DNA of 64,000 nt from Patescibacteria group bacterium. Its GTDB lineage: Bacteria > Patescibacteriota > Microgenomatia > Levybacterales > UBA12049. The stretch is from the NCBI GenBank assembly GCA_026004395.1, contig BPJB01000001.1, forward strand, positions 841,226 to 905,225. Direction: 5' to 3'. The notes under the pieces are model-generated. The model ran no database searches. It saw only the letters and a program-made list of their open reading frames with translations, and was not told the origin of the DNA. The stretch's first letter is position 1, and each line of letters begins with the position of its first letter. Position numbers and translations under genes: made by a program. Of the stretch, positions 1 to 10,988 are shown piece by piece.

Positions 1-771
1 ATACTTTTCAACTTCCGAGACGATCTGCTTAGCTTGCTCTTCTGTATTAATTAAGGTTTTAGTCGTGGTATATTTTCCATCATAAAGAGAAAATATTTCT
101 TGTGTTTCTATTTTTTGCTGTTTTATCTCGATTAAATCAAAGACCGCATCCACTTTCTCTCCACCGCTCTTAAGCATAACAGCATGTATAGTCCAATATT
201 TTTCTTTCTTAAATTTCTCGATCTCTCTTTCTCTTTCCACGATTAACCTCAGTGCTACGCTCTGTACCCTTCCTGCTGAGAGTCCACGTCTTACTTTCTG
301 CCAGAGAAGAGGTGATAATTTATATCCAACTAGTCTATCAAGAACACGCCGTGCTGTTTGAGCATCAACTAAATTGGTATCAACATCGCGTGGATTATTA
401 AATGCTTCTCTGATCGCCTCCTCAGTAATCTCATGAAAAACCACTCTAACAAATTTGTTATCCGCTTTTTTAGCTCCGTTCAAAATTTCTTTAATATTCG
501 CTGCGATTGCCTCTCCTTCTCGATCCGGATCTGTAGCAAGATACACTTTATCCGCCTTTTTTGCAGCAGATTTAAGCTCTGAGATAATTTGTTTCTTCCC
601 ACTGATGATTTCATATTGTGGGGTAAAATTATGTTCAATATCAACACCAAGTCTATTTTTGGGCAAATCCATTATATGCCCCATTGAAAATTTGATCTCA
701 TATCCATTGCCCAAATATCTACTAATTGTTCGAGCTTTTGTGGGTGATTCAACAATAACTAAGTTTTTCAT
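1..771 (-). CDS. topA: DNA topoisomerase I, 5' part (runs off the window)
   Basis: Minus strand reads [16 protein letters not shown]...GHIMDLP...[14 protein letters not shown]...[11 protein letters not shown]...[10 protein letters not shown], the Toprim and type IA motifs. An alternative ATG lies at 777. Not in the ORF track because it is truncated. Confidence 0.97.
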   Translation of the reverse strand, partial: MKNLVIVESPTKARTISRYLGNGYEIKFSMGHIMDLPKNRLGVDIEHNFTPQYEIISGKKQIISELKSAAKKADKVYLATDPDREGEAIAANIKEILNGAKKADNKFVRVVFHEITEEAIREAFNNPRDVDTNLVDAQTARRVLDRLVGYKLSPLLWQKVRRGLSAGRVQSVALRLIVEREREIEKFKKEKYWTIHAVMLKSGGEKVDAVFDLIEIKQQKIETQEIFSLYDGKYTTTKTLINTEEQAKQIVSEVEKY

Positions 772-886
772 AACCATTAAAAATAGCTACATGGTCTAAA
801 CTACATAGTTTGATGTCTGTAAGACTATGTAACCATGTAACTATTCCATTACAACAACAATTGTATCCTCAATTATACAATTTGTG

Positions 887-2011
887 TCAAGTGGGTAATT
901 TATCCTGTAAAGAATATCTTCCATCTTTAGTAACAAAGATTATCTGCTTTAGTTCCATCAATGTAAGAAGTGTACCAAGTGATCCTGCATCTTTATTGAG
1001 CTTTTCACTCAACTGATCAAATGTCAATTCTTCATTCTCTAAAAAAGCAATTATTTCTTGTTCATCTTTTGTTAGATTACCAAAGCGTGCGGAAGAAATG
1101 GAATTCTTTTTCAGACTAAGATAATCAAGTAACTGATCAGGACTTGTAACAAGAATCGCCCCATCTTTATGAAGTTTGTAAGGACCTTCTGAAAGCTTGG
1201 ATGTAATCGGACCTGGAACAACAAATACTTTTCTTTTTATCAACATTGCTTCTCGTGCAGTAATTAGCGCTCCGCTATCTTCACTTCCTTCAGTGACTAA
1301 CACAGCGTCTGCAAGTCCTGCAATAATTCGATTGCGCGAAGGAAAGGATCCTTTTGAAGGTGGTACTCCAAGTGGATATTCGCTGATGATTGTTCCTCCA
1401 GTATCAAGAATACGATCATAAAGCTTTTTGTTACTAAGTGGATAACAACAATCAACGCCGCATCCTAAAACGGCAATTGTTTTACCATCATTAGCTAAAG
1501 TCACACTATGAGCTATTGCATCCACACCCAAAGCTAAACCTGAGATAACTATACAACCTGCAGACACAAGATCAGCAGTAAACATACGTGTCACTTCCTC
1601 CCCATACACTGTTACTCTCCTCGTCCCCACCACCCCCACCTTTTTACTTCGATGATACGTATCATCGAAGTAATGATTACCTTTGATATAAAGAACGATT
1701 GGAGGATTTGGGAGTTGCTTAAGTAACGCAGGATAAGTTTCTTCATCTCTAGTGACGTAGAATACATTCTTTTCCTGAAGTTTTTTTTCGTAATCTTGAG
1801 GAGAAAATGCACTGCGGAATTGATCAAATTTTTGGACTAGTTTTTCTCCAAGTATAGTTTTCAAATCTTTAAAAGGTGCTTTCCAGGCAATTTGAGCACT
1901 ATCAAATTTATCAATAAGATTTGAAAAACGTTTTGGACCAATCCCTTGAAAAACAGAAAATCCTAACCAATACTGTTTATCATTCATAAAATTTATTTTT
2001 TTTAAAAACAC
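887..2011 (-). CDS. dprA: DNA-processing protein DprA/Smf
   Basis: VGVVGTR, ISGLALGVDAIAH, FPSRNRIIAGL motifs and a C-terminal wHTH; classic dprA-topA linkage. Likely start is ATG 1987. Confidence 0.95.
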   Translation of the reverse strand: MFLKKINFMNDKQYWLGFSVFQGIGPKRFSNLIDKFDSAQIAWKAPFKDLKTILGEKLVQKFDQFRSAFSPQDYEKKLQEKNVFYVTRDEETYPALLKQLPNPPIVLYIKGNHYFDDTYHRSKKVGVVGTRRVTVYGEEVTRMFTADLVSAGCIVISGLALGVDAIAHSVTLANDGKTIAVLGCGVDCCYPLSNKKLYDRILDTGGTIISEYPLGVPPSKGSFPSRNRIIAGLADAVLVTEGSEDSGALITAREAMLIKRKVFVVPGPITSKLSEGPYKLHKDGAILVTSPDQLLDYLSLKKNSISSARFGNLTKDEQEIIAFLENEELTFDQLSEKLNKDAGSLGTLLTLMELKQIIFVTKDGRYSLQDKLPT

Positions 2012-2105
2012 TAAATTTATAATAACGCGTATTAGATAAAAATGATAATTACACCTCTACTTCTAGATTATTGACGATAGACATAATGCAGCGTAGAGTA
2101 AACTT

Positions 2106-3431
2106 ATGCACAAAAGTATTTTTCTCCTCTTCCTATTTGCAAGTATTATTGCATTTAATTTTCTAATCCAAAACGTCTCTTTTCCCAATACATATATTAA
2201 TTCTCTTTCAGTGGGACTATCAAGCAAGCAAAAAATTCGAGAGATACTTGATCAACAAAAAAAAAGATCAGTTGAACTTATTGTAAAAGATCGCCATTAC
2301 TCCCTACCCTTGAATAGATTAGGATTGACAGTCAACACCACTGAGACACTAAGACGAATATTCACAAGAAATACTCAACCATTTCCTCATAATTACCTTG
2401 CATTCTTTAAATCCTTTTTTACCAAACAAACGTATCTCCCAGCAATAGAATTTAGCAGTAATTTTTATCAATTAACACAACAGATGGTATTTGATCTCAC
2501 AACCAAACAAGATGAGATTTACTTTGACAATGAAAAAAAAGTTTTAGCCATGACAAGCAATCAGGAAAAATATCGAATGGATATACCGCTTTTTCAAATT
2601 AGTCTCATAAAAACATTTGGTGATAAAAAACTATTAATCCAACCACAACTTATAAAAATCACTAGTGATCTAGAATCAGAACAACATATCAATTCTCTAA
2701 ATGATAAACTGGAAATGCTTTATAAAACTCCAGTTACACTTTCAGTTCAAGATATCAACGAAAAATATGATATGACCATCACCAGCAATGATCTGAAAGA
2801 GATTTTGGGAGCAAGTTATAATCCTACAATAAAGGATATTGAGATTAATATCCAAGAAAAAAATTTACAACAAGTTATTGATCTTAAAAATTTTCCAATT
2901 AAGAGTACTGACAAAACAATAAATCTTACCCAAATCAAAAATTCTCTTGAGAGAATATTTCATGATCGCCTCATAGGCATACCATCCAACACGATTCTTG
3001 TTTCAACAACTCTTAAACCAAATACAGATGGAACCATTGCTGACAAATATATTGAAATTGATCTTTCTTCACAAAGAATGTATCTTTGGGAGAAAGGAAA
3101 CTTGATAGCTAATTATGTTGTCTCAACTGGACTCTACTATCCTACACCAACTGGCAAATTTCAAATTTTGAATAAAGCTAAAAATGCTTTTTCTGACATC
3201 TATAATGTCTGGATGCCATATTGGATGGCAATTTACTACGATCCAAAAATCAAAGCTTATATTGGTATCCATGAGCTCCCTTACTGGTATTCAGGAGGGA
3301 GAATTCAACGCAGACCCCGAGAATTTCTAGGAACACCGCGAACAGGAGGTTGTATTTCATTAGATGTAGGTATTGCACAGAAAGTACAGGAATGGGCAGA
3401 TATTGGCATGCCTGTTTACATTTTTAATTAG
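2106..3431 (+). CDS. Membrane-anchored L,D-transpeptidase (YkuD family)
   Basis: N-terminal TM segment; C-terminal YIEIDLSSQRM...VSTG...TPTG...MPYWM...GIHELP...TGGCI (His/Cys catalytic motif). Confidence 0.88.
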   Translation: MHKSIFLLFLFASIIAFNFLIQNVSFPNTYINSLSVGLSSKQKIREILDQQKKRSVELIVKDRHYSLPLNRLGLTVNTTETLRRIFTRNTQPFPHNYLAFFKSFFTKQTYLPAIEFSSNFYQLTQQMVFDLTTKQDEIYFDNEKKVLAMTSNQEKYRMDIPLFQISLIKTFGDKKLLIQPQLIKITSDLESEQHINSLNDKLEMLYKTPVTLSVQDINEKYDMTITSNDLKEILGASYNPTIKDIEINIQEKNLQQVIDLKNFPIKSTDKTINLTQIKNSLERIFHDRLIGIPSNTILVSTTLKPNTDGTIADKYIEIDLSSQRMYLWEKGNLIANYVVSTGLYYPTPTGKFQILNKAKNAFSDIYNVWMPYWMAIYYDPKIKAYIGIHELPYWYSGGRIQRRPREFLGTPRTGGCISLDVGIAQKVQEWADIGMPVYIFN

Positions 3432-5211
3432 ATTGAGATTGACCAAACCATGCCTCAAGAATTTTTTTGGCAATAGGACCTGCTTCTGATGAACCCTCTC
3501 CTTTTTCCTCAACAAGAACAGTCACAATAATCTCTGGATCGTACGCTGGTGCAAACAACGTTATCCAAGCATGAGGAAGTGATTCTTTTCCTCCATGTTG
3601 AGCTGTTCCTGTCTTGCAAGCAATTGTAACTCTCCTATAACTTTTCGCATTGGCCGATGACGTCGCACTAATATCTTCTAAAAAATTTTTTCCATCGACC
3701 TTAAGAGCAGAATTTTTAACTCTAAAATTAAACAATGGCCATGCTGTCCCACCCTCACTACACGCTTTAATCATCCCTTCTCTAATAAGCGAAACTGTCT
3801 TCTGAGTGAGAGAAAGATTAAAAACCACTTCTGAGTTATTGTTCATCAGTAGATGCGGACGGTAGATTTTGCCTTTATTAGCTATCGCTTGAGTCCAGGC
3901 ATTCACCTGCAGTGGAGTCGTCAAAAGATAACCTTGGCCAATCCCATAATGATAGGTATCGCCCAAATACCACGGCTCGCCTATTCTATTTTTCTTCCAC
4001 TCAGGGGTCGGAAGAACGCCTGATGCCTCCCCAGGCAAATCAATGCCTAGTTTTTTCCCTACTCCCATCTGTTCTGCTATATGGGACAAATTGGTAACAC
4101 CAACTTTTTCCGCAAGTTTATAAAAGAAAATATCGTTTGAACGACTGATTCCCTTTATCAGATCAACATCTCCATCTGTTTTACCATACTGTGTATAAAA
4201 CCAATTAGAGAATGAAAAGGATCCAATCTTCACTATTCCTGTATCTTGCACCTTAAATGATTCATCAATAATGTTTTTGTAAAGAGCTGCTACTGCTGTA
4301 ACTATTTTAAATGTTGAACCTGGAGGATATACTCCACTTATTGCTCGATTTAATAAAGGCTGTCTCTTGTTGTCAGTGATTATTTCCTCAACTGTTTGAT
4401 AACTACTCCTGGAGGCTTGATAAGTGTCATCTAGAGTAAAAAGATTGGGATCAAATGATGGTTTAGAAAGAAGTGTAAGAATTTCTCCTTTGGGAGTTGT
4501 GATCACCACTGCCCCACGCTCAACACCTTCCATTGCTTGATACGCTGCTTGTTGCAACTGTGCATCAAGAGTTAAAGTCAAATCTTGTCCGGGTATTGGA
4601 TCTGTTTGCCCTAGCATTCTGATTTCCTGACCTGTTGCATCAACCTCAAACAGTTGCTTTCCATTTACTCCTTTAAGAAATGCTTCATATTCATATTCAA
4701 TTCCTGTTTTTCCTACTAAATCAGTAAGGAGATAATCTCTGTATTTTTCAGATGCAAGCTCATCTTTAGTAATCTGACCTATATAGCCAAGTACATGTGC
4801 AAAAATCTCTTTATAAGGATAATTACGCAAAGAATCAATAGAGATATTATTTGCTCCATTTGCAATAAGATCCAGTGCTTTTTCACGGTTTAAAAGAATT
4901 GTTTTCTCTCCCTTGATCAAACGAAATCCAGGTAGATTATAGACAAGAGGTGTATGGTTCCTATCAAATATTACACCACGGGGTGCATAAATAATTTTCG
5001 TTCGAATCCTATTTGAGTCAGAGAGCATGCGGTAATATGAACCCTTCACTATTTGCAGTGTGAATAATCTAATAAGCAATACCCCACTCAAGATGACAAG
5101 AGAAAAAAGAAGAACTCCTCTACGAAAACTCAGTGAGCCTTCTATAAATGAACGGCGTTTGGGAATATTTTCTGTTCTTATATGATCCGAAAATGCAGCA
5201 CCTGTTTTCAT
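3424..5211 (-). CDS. mrdA: Penicillin-binding protein 2 (class B)
   Basis: APRG dimerisation domain, SxxK (GSTFK), SxD (SND), KTGTAQ; follows mreBCD. Confidence 0.93.
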   Translation of the reverse strand: MKTGAAFSDHIRTENIPKRRSFIEGSLSFRRGVLLFSLVILSGVLLIRLFTLQIVKGSYYRMLSDSNRIRTKIIYAPRGVIFDRNHTPLVYNLPGFRLIKGEKTILLNREKALDLIANGANNISIDSLRNYPYKEIFAHVLGYIGQITKDELASEKYRDYLLTDLVGKTGIEYEYEAFLKGVNGKQLFEVDATGQEIRMLGQTDPIPGQDLTLTLDAQLQQAAYQAMEGVERGAVVITTPKGEILTLLSKPSFDPNLFTLDDTYQASRSSYQTVEEIITDNKRQPLLNRAISGVYPPGSTFKIVTAVAALYKNIIDESFKVQDTGIVKIGSFSFSNWFYTQYGKTDGDVDLIKGISRSNDIFFYKLAEKVGVTNLSHIAEQMGVGKKLGIDLPGEASGVLPTPEWKKNRIGEPWYLGDTYHYGIGQGYLLTTPLQVNAWTQAIANKGKIYRPHLLMNNNSEVVFNLSLTQKTVSLIREGMIKACSEGGTAWPLFNFRVKNSALKVDGKNFLEDISATSSANAKSYRRVTIACKTGTAQHGGKESLPHAWITLFAPAYDPEIIVTVLVEEKGEGSSEAGPIAKKILEAWFGQSQSN

Positions 5212-5648
5212 GTAAATAAAGTATCACGTCTTACTGAACTTGAACGAAAAATCTTTGCTGACAAGCTGTATACCAGCGTTACGATAATTATACTCAAAAT
5301 GAGTTGAAGAGTTATATGTGCAATACTAAAAATGACAGAATAAATTAATACTCCCACAAAGACTGCTGACAAAATAAATGGTAATGTACTTGTTTCATAC
5401 TTTCTCTCATAAAGAAATAATAAAAAGAGAAATACTATATAAAAAATCCCTGTTATACCTAGTGGACGAAGAGTAATTAGATCCAAAATCAATCCATTAA
5501 CAATAGCAAGAAAAAAAACTGAAACTTGTTTTCTTGTAGTAGCAAGAAAAATAAGACTAATAAAACTAAAGGGAAGAGAAATCACTGTTCCCTCAAGAAG
5601 AGGAAATACCACAATTATACTGCCTATACTCAGTAATCGTCTTATCAT
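5208..5648 (-). CDS. mreD: Rod shape protein MreD-like membrane protein
   Basis: Multi-TM with GLILD...PLG motif; lies between mreC and mrdA with overlapping stop/start codons. Confidence 0.75.
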   Translation of the reverse strand: MIRRLLSIGSIIVVFPLLEGTVISLPFSFISLIFLATTRKQVSVFFLAIVNGLILDLITLRPLGITGIFYIVFLFLLFLYERKYETSTLPFILSAVFVGVLIYSVIFSIAHITLQLILSIIIVTLVYSLSAKIFRSSSVRRDTLFT

Positions 5649-6445
5649 TTTTTAGGTAATATAACAAAAACAGTATCAATTTTTGTAATATCTGATAAAC
5701 TGACAATCTCCGCAGTCTGAAAAAGTGAGCTAGATTTTTTCTCAAATGAAAGAATCTTTCCCACTATTAGACCTGGTGGAATACCCACTCCATCTTCACG
5801 AACACTTCCTTTACTCAAAATTAGATCATCCTTTTCTAACTTATCAGAGATGACGACATTAGTAAGAATCATTCGCCCATTACCTTCTCCTCTTAAGACT
5901 CCTAATGCGTTTGTTTTACTTGTTCGAACAGTAAGAGAAAAGTTTTTCTTTGTTGTTAAATCAACAAGTGCCGTGTGTCTACTAGCAAATGAAACTTTAC
6001 CAAGAAGCATTGTTTTTACTATAACTGCACTTCCTTTTTTGACACCATCTTTTTCTCCTTTATCAATCACAATCTGCTCTGGGAGAGAAAATCCTGGAAT
6101 ATAGGACTTAAGACCAATAACTTGCGCTGGAAGAAGCGAATTAGAAGAGGGATCTGTCACCTGAAATTGATCATGCAGGGCAGTAATTTCTTTTTCTTGT
6201 AATTTGTATTTAACAATTTCTGAAGTTAAACGACGATTCTCATCCAAAAGCTGTCTAATCTGCTGATCTCTGTCACCTTTTAACACGCCGTAAAAAGTAT
6301 ATGTTCCTCTTTGCAAAGGATGTAAAGAGGATTGCAAGATGCCAGTCATTTTTTGACCAAAGTCTGTTTGAAAAAACGCGTACAATGTTATGAGTAAAAG
6401 TAATAAACCAATGAAAAAAATTGTAAGATTTTTTCTCTTTGTCAT
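5645..6445 (-). CDS. mreC: Rod shape-determining protein MreC
   Basis: TM, coiled coil, IDKGEKDGV...PPGLIVG. Start set at ATG 6445 because the track's upstream MCYNDP is the promoter -10 region. Confidence 0.92.
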   Translation of the reverse strand: MTKRKNLTIFFIGLLLLLITLYAFFQTDFGQKMTGILQSSLHPLQRGTYTFYGVLKGDRDQQIRQLLDENRRLTSEIVKYKLQEKEITALHDQFQVTDPSSNSLLPAQVIGLKSYIPGFSLPEQIVIDKGEKDGVKKGSAVIVKTMLLGKVSFASRHTALVDLTTKKNFSLTVRTSKTNALGVLRGEGNGRMILTNVVISDKLEKDDLILSKGSVREDGVGIPPGLIVGKILSFEKKSSSLFQTAEIVSLSDITKIDTVFVILPKK

Positions 6446-6515
6446 GGGATCATTGTAACACAAAAGAAGGACTTCTCAGAGTCTAGAAAGCCAAATACAA
6501 GGCAATCTTTCGACC

Positions 6516-7634
6516 TTATTTAAGACCGCCAATAATTCTTACTCTCTGTAGTAATTCCTCGTTCTCAAGGACCACTCCTGCACCGCGAACTACTGATGTA
6601 AGGGGATCATCTGAGAGAATTACCGGCATGCGTGTTCTCTCTACGATAAATTGATCAAGACCTGCTAATTTAGATCCTCCACCTGTAACAAGAATTCCTC
6701 TTTCAAGAATATCAGAAATTAGCTCTGGTGGAGCTTCCTCAATGACATCCACAATTGCTTGGATAATCTGCGTGAGAACAGGTGCAAGAGCCTCTCTCAC
6801 TTCTGATTCAGTTATTTTAATACTTTTGGGAAGACCAGTTTCTATATCCCGTCCTCTAACAATTGCAACTTTCTCTCCTCTCTCTTCATTAATCTCTCCA
6901 TCATGGATCTCTTCTTGATGGTGTTTGGATTTTTGAGATTTATTCTTAGAGTTTGCATATGCACTTCCAATAGCAATTTTCAATTCTTCTGCTGTTCTTT
7001 CTCCTAGAATAATTCCGTGCCTTAGACGAATATAGTGAAGGATTGCCTGATCCATATCCTCTCCTGCAAGTTTAAGTGATTTTCCTACAACAATTCCACC
7101 CAGCGATATAACAGCAATTTCTGTTGTTCCCCCTCCGATATCAACAACCATCACTCCATTTGATGAAGAGACTGATATACCCTCCCCTATGGCTGCAGCC
7201 ATAGGTTCTTCGATAAGATATGCTTCTCTGGCACCTGCGCTAAGAGCTGCTTCCCACACCGCACGGCGCTGTACCTCAGTAACTGATGAAGGAATCCCTA
7301 TAACCACTCTGGGTCGTGCTAAAATAGATTGCAAAATATTTCCCATCTCATGAACTTGTTTGATGTAGTACGCAATCATTGCTTCGGTAGCATCAAAATC
7401 GGCAATAATACCTCCACGAAGTGGTCTTACTGTAACAATTGATGATGGTGTTTTACCTACCATTTTTTTTGCTTCTGATCCAATAGCGATAATCTGTTTG
7501 GATTTTTTTTGCATAGCGACAACAGATGGTTCACGAATAACAATGCCTTTTCCCTTGACAAACACCAAAGTATTGGCTGTACCCAAATCAATACCAATAT
7601 CGTGAGAAAAAATACTGAAAAAACTATCTATCAT
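6516..7634 (-). CDS. mreB: Rod shape-determining protein MreB
   Basis: IGIDLGTANTL, EEPMAAAIG, DIGGGTTE, TGGG motifs. Start ATG 7634 preferred over track start 7682. Has a ~20-aa charged insertion. Confidence 0.97.
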   Translation of the reverse strand: MIDSFFSIFSHDIGIDLGTANTLVFVKGKGIVIREPSVVAMQKKSKQIIAIGSEAKKMVGKTPSSIVTVRPLRGGIIADFDATEAMIAYYIKQVHEMGNILQSILARPRVVIGIPSSVTEVQRRAVWEAALSAGAREAYLIEEPMAAAIGEGISVSSSNGVMVVDIGGGTTEIAVISLGGIVVGKSLKLAGEDMDQAILHYIRLRHGIILGERTAEELKIAIGSAYANSKNKSQKSKHHQEEIHDGEINEERGEKVAIVRGRDIETGLPKSIKITESEVREALAPVLTQIIQAIVDVIEEAPPELISDILERGILVTGGGSKLAGLDQFIVERTRMPVILSDDPLTSVVRGAGVVLENEELLQRVRIIGGLK

Positions 7635-7900
7635 AAACACTCTTATTCTAGCAATTTGACCAAGAAAAACGCTAGTACTCATTTTAACTTAAAAATATAC
7701 AATTCTCTCTGAAGATTTTTAGATTTTTAATAATCTTAAAAACTGCTCTTGCCGAGTTTAGTAACAATATGCTAGGATTAAAAAAACTTTGATTATCAAT
7801 TTACTCCCTAATATCTAAAAAAATGTTGTCTACGCTAGATCGTTAATTTGATAACTCATATTAGATATTAGGATAGGAGAGAAATTATTTTATTTTTCCG

Positions 7901-10282
7901 ATGAGGCTTATAAGTATCTGCAATAAAATTATTGAGTATTCCTTTTATGCGCTATTTCTTTTTGTACCTCTTATCTTTACCAACATTACCTCAGAGTTAT
8001 TTGAACTTAATAAAATATGGTTAACCTGGGGACTAACTATTCTCGTAGCTTGCGCATGGTTTACAAAGATGGCACTTACGCGCACATTTAAGATTCAGAG
8101 AACTCCCTTTGACATTCCACTATTTATTTTTCTTGTTTCACAACTTATTTCCACTATCTTTTCTCTGGATACTCGTGTATCTTTCTGGGGATACTACTCC
8201 CGTTTTAATGGAGGATTTCTTTCTCTTTTTTCCTATATTTTCCTTTATTTTGCCTTTGTTTCCAATCTTGAAAAACGTCATGCTCTAAGAATTATCTATA
8301 TCAGTCTTATAGCCGGCATGGCAGTTGTCTTGTGGGGGTTGCCTTCGCATTTTGGACATGATCTAACCTGTCTTATATTTAGAGGAACATACAATGTTTC
8401 CTGTTGGACAGATGCATTTCGCCCAACGATCCGAGCATTTTCATCACTTGGACAGCCAGCATGGCTTGCTGCTTATCTTGCACTTCTTATCCCACTTTCA
8501 ACGGCACTTTTACTCAGCGTTGTCCCTATTAAAAAAATTCCTTTCAAAACAGTTTTATTGATTAGTCTTATTGTGTTTTCTGCAGGATTTGTCGTCTTTG
8601 CAGCCTCAAGCGCATCTGTTCTTTTTTATATTCTTAGCATATGCATAGCAATTTTGGTTATTAGCCTACTATTCTATAAAAACAGACAAGATAATGATCG
8701 CTTTTCTGCTCTTATTGCAACAGCTTGGGGCATCGTTAGTTCTCTTTTTTATCTTATGCTCATCTTTGCTAATACAAGAGCAGGAATTATCGGCTTTTGG
8801 GCAGGAAATATCTTTTTTTGGGTAGTGTTATTCTTCCAAAAATATATTTCTAGATCAACACTCATCCGCTATGCTATTGGTCTCAATAGCATTTTTCTTC
8901 TAATTAGCTTTATTTTTGGAACAACAGTTGCACAGTTAGATAAATACACATTACCTGAACTTTTGAAAAAAAAGCCTCAATCTCTAAACACTCAACAAAA
9001 ACAAACTCCGGCAAATCAACCTTCTGAAAATATTCTCATTACAGATTCAGGTAAAATTCGTCTGTATGTTTGGCAAGGTGCAATTGATGCATGGAAAGCA
9101 AATCCCATTTTTGGAACGGGAGTTGAGACATTTGCTTTTGCCTACTACAAACATCGCCCAGCAGGACACAATTTGACATCAGAATGGGACTATCTTTACA
9201 ACAAGGCTCATAACGAATACCTGAACTATCTCACAACAACTGGTATTGTAGGTTTGGGTAGTTATATTTTATTTATTGCAACGTTTTTATTTCTTGTTAT
9301 TAAAAATATTTGTATTAAAAGTGAAAAATCAACAACTCTTCCACTAAGAGATAATCTTCTCTCTATGGCTCTTGTTGCTGGATTTATCACAATTCTGATT
9401 ACTAACTTTTTTGGTTTTTCTGTCGTAATTATTAATCTTTATTTTTTCTTCATTCCACTGCTGTATATTTTTCTTCGGGAAGCTATACCTCAAAAATATC
9501 TCTTAATTCCATTTGGTAAAGATAAAAAATATGCTGCTAATGATATTGGTCCCTATCAATGGACATTCATTGCACTTTTTGTCATCACTGGCTTCTATCT
9601 TTTATTACTTCTTTTGAGATTCTATCAAGCAGATGTTGCTTATGCGCTAGGATATAACTTCAACCGGGCGGGAGAAGTACAACAAGCATATTTGAAATTA
9701 ACTGAAGCGGTAAAAATGAGGCCTAGTGAACCAGTATTTAAGGATGAGTATGCAGTAAATTTGGCTACACTAGGAAGTGCGCTTATCCAAAATAATCAAG
9801 CAACTGCCGGAGCTCAACTTATTCAGCAGGCAATTTCTCTTAGTGATGAGATCACTACTAACCATCCAAATAATGTAGTTTACTGGAAAAGTAGAGTTAG
9901 GATATTTTATCTATTAAGCCAACTTGACCCTCAGTATCTTAAAGAAGCCTTAAGGTCCATAGAAAAAGCACATGAACTTGCTCCAACTGATGCTAAGATT
10001 AGCTATAACTTAGGCGTTATTGCGGGACAGAATAATCAACTGCAAAAAGCAGTCAATATACTCACCCAAACAATAAAAATGAAGCCTAACTACCGCGATG
10101 CTTACTTTGCCAGAGGTCTTTTTTATTATCAATTAGCAACGGATTCTACAGGAAAAGTAACTAATCCAAGTTACTATGAAAAAGCAGTATCAGATCTGCG
10201 ACATATTCTCCAATACATAGATAAGAATGATCAGACTGTGATAAAGACACTAGAAAGCTGGGGAGAAAAAATAAATTTCTGA
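7901..10282 (+). CDS. O-antigen ligase / oligosaccharyltransferase-like membrane protein with C-terminal TPRs
   Basis: Many TM helices, SSLGQPAWLA, PIFGTG, KAHNEYL (Wzy_C-type) and a TPR-like C-terminus. Confidence 0.85.
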   Translation: MRLISICNKIIEYSFYALFLFVPLIFTNITSELFELNKIWLTWGLTILVACAWFTKMALTRTFKIQRTPFDIPLFIFLVSQLISTIFSLDTRVSFWGYYSRFNGGFLSLFSYIFLYFAFVSNLEKRHALRIIYISLIAGMAVVLWGLPSHFGHDLTCLIFRGTYNVSCWTDAFRPTIRAFSSLGQPAWLAAYLALLIPLSTALLLSVVPIKKIPFKTVLLISLIVFSAGFVVFAASSASVLFYILSICIAILVISLLFYKNRQDNDRFSALIATAWGIVSSLFYLMLIFANTRAGIIGFWAGNIFFWVVLFFQKYISRSTLIRYAIGLNSIFLLISFIFGTTVAQLDKYTLPELLKKKPQSLNTQQKQTPANQPSENILITDSGKIRLYVWQGAIDAWKANPIFGTGVETFAFAYYKHRPAGHNLTSEWDYLYNKAHNEYLNYLTTTGIVGLGSYILFIATFLFLVIKNICIKSEKSTTLPLRDNLLSMALVAGFITILITNFFGFSVVIINLYFFFIPLLYIFLREAIPQKYLLIPFGKDKKYAANDIGPYQWTFIALFVITGFYLLLLLLRFYQADVAYALGYNFNRAGEVQQAYLKLTEAVKMRPSEPVFKDEYAVNLATLGSALIQNNQATAGAQLIQQAISLSDEITTNHPNNVVYWKSRVRIFYLLSQLDPQYLKEALRSIEKAHELAPTDAKISYNLGVIAGQNNQLQKAVNILTQTIKMKPNYRDAYFARGLFYYQLATDSTGKVTNPSYYEKAVSDLRHILQYIDKNDQTVIKTLESWGEKINF

Positions 10283-10290
10283 TCAAGCAT

Positions 10291-10848
10291 ATGTTGAAGA
10301 TTATCCAAGCACCTCATCCTGTCTTATCCAAAAAGGCTAAATCTATCGAAAAAATAGATGCTGCGATAAAACGTCTTATAGACGAGATGGCAAAAACTCT
10401 TGAGAATGCCAAAGATCCCGAAGGAGTGGGACTTGCTGCCCCACAAGTAGGAAAATCACTTAGACTTTTTATTGTCAAAGAATCAAATTCTGCTCCTCTT
10501 CGAGTTTTTATCAATCCTGAGGTAAAAATTATCAACTCTGAGGAAAAGCTTAAAACAAAACAAACAAAGAAAAAATCACAAGAGATAAAACTTGAAGGAT
10601 GTTTATCACTTAAAGACATTTGGGGGGTTGTGAAAAGGCATGATAAAATAGAAGTCTCCTATCTAGATGAGAAAGGAGAAAAGCACACTGAAATCTTTAA
10701 AGGTTTTATAGCCACTATTATTCAGCATGAGCAAGATCATCTGGAAGGCATTCTTTTCCCTCAACGAGTTCTCGAACAAAACGGTACAATCTATAAATCA
10801 AAAATAAATAAAAAAGGTGAGATGGAGTTTCATGAAATTTCAATCTGA
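10291..10848 (+). CDS. def: Peptide deformylase
   Basis: GVGLAAPQ, EGCLS, QHEQDHLEG motifs. Confidence 0.97.
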   Translation: MLKIIQAPHPVLSKKAKSIEKIDAAIKRLIDEMAKTLENAKDPEGVGLAAPQVGKSLRLFIVKESNSAPLRVFINPEVKIINSEEKLKTKQTKKKSQEIKLEGCLSLKDIWGVVKRHDKIEVSYLDEKGEKHTEIFKGFIATIIQHEQDHLEGILFPQRVLEQNGTIYKSKINKKGEMEFHEISI

Positions 10849-10988
10849 GCTAGGTAATGAGTTTTGATCAAAGGTGCACAACTGTTGGTCTAGGTTGATT
10901 AATAAAGTTAAAAATTTTTTATTTTATTTCTTTATTAGAATACAGATCTAATAATTCGTGAAATAATATTCTATGCTACAATTGCAGC

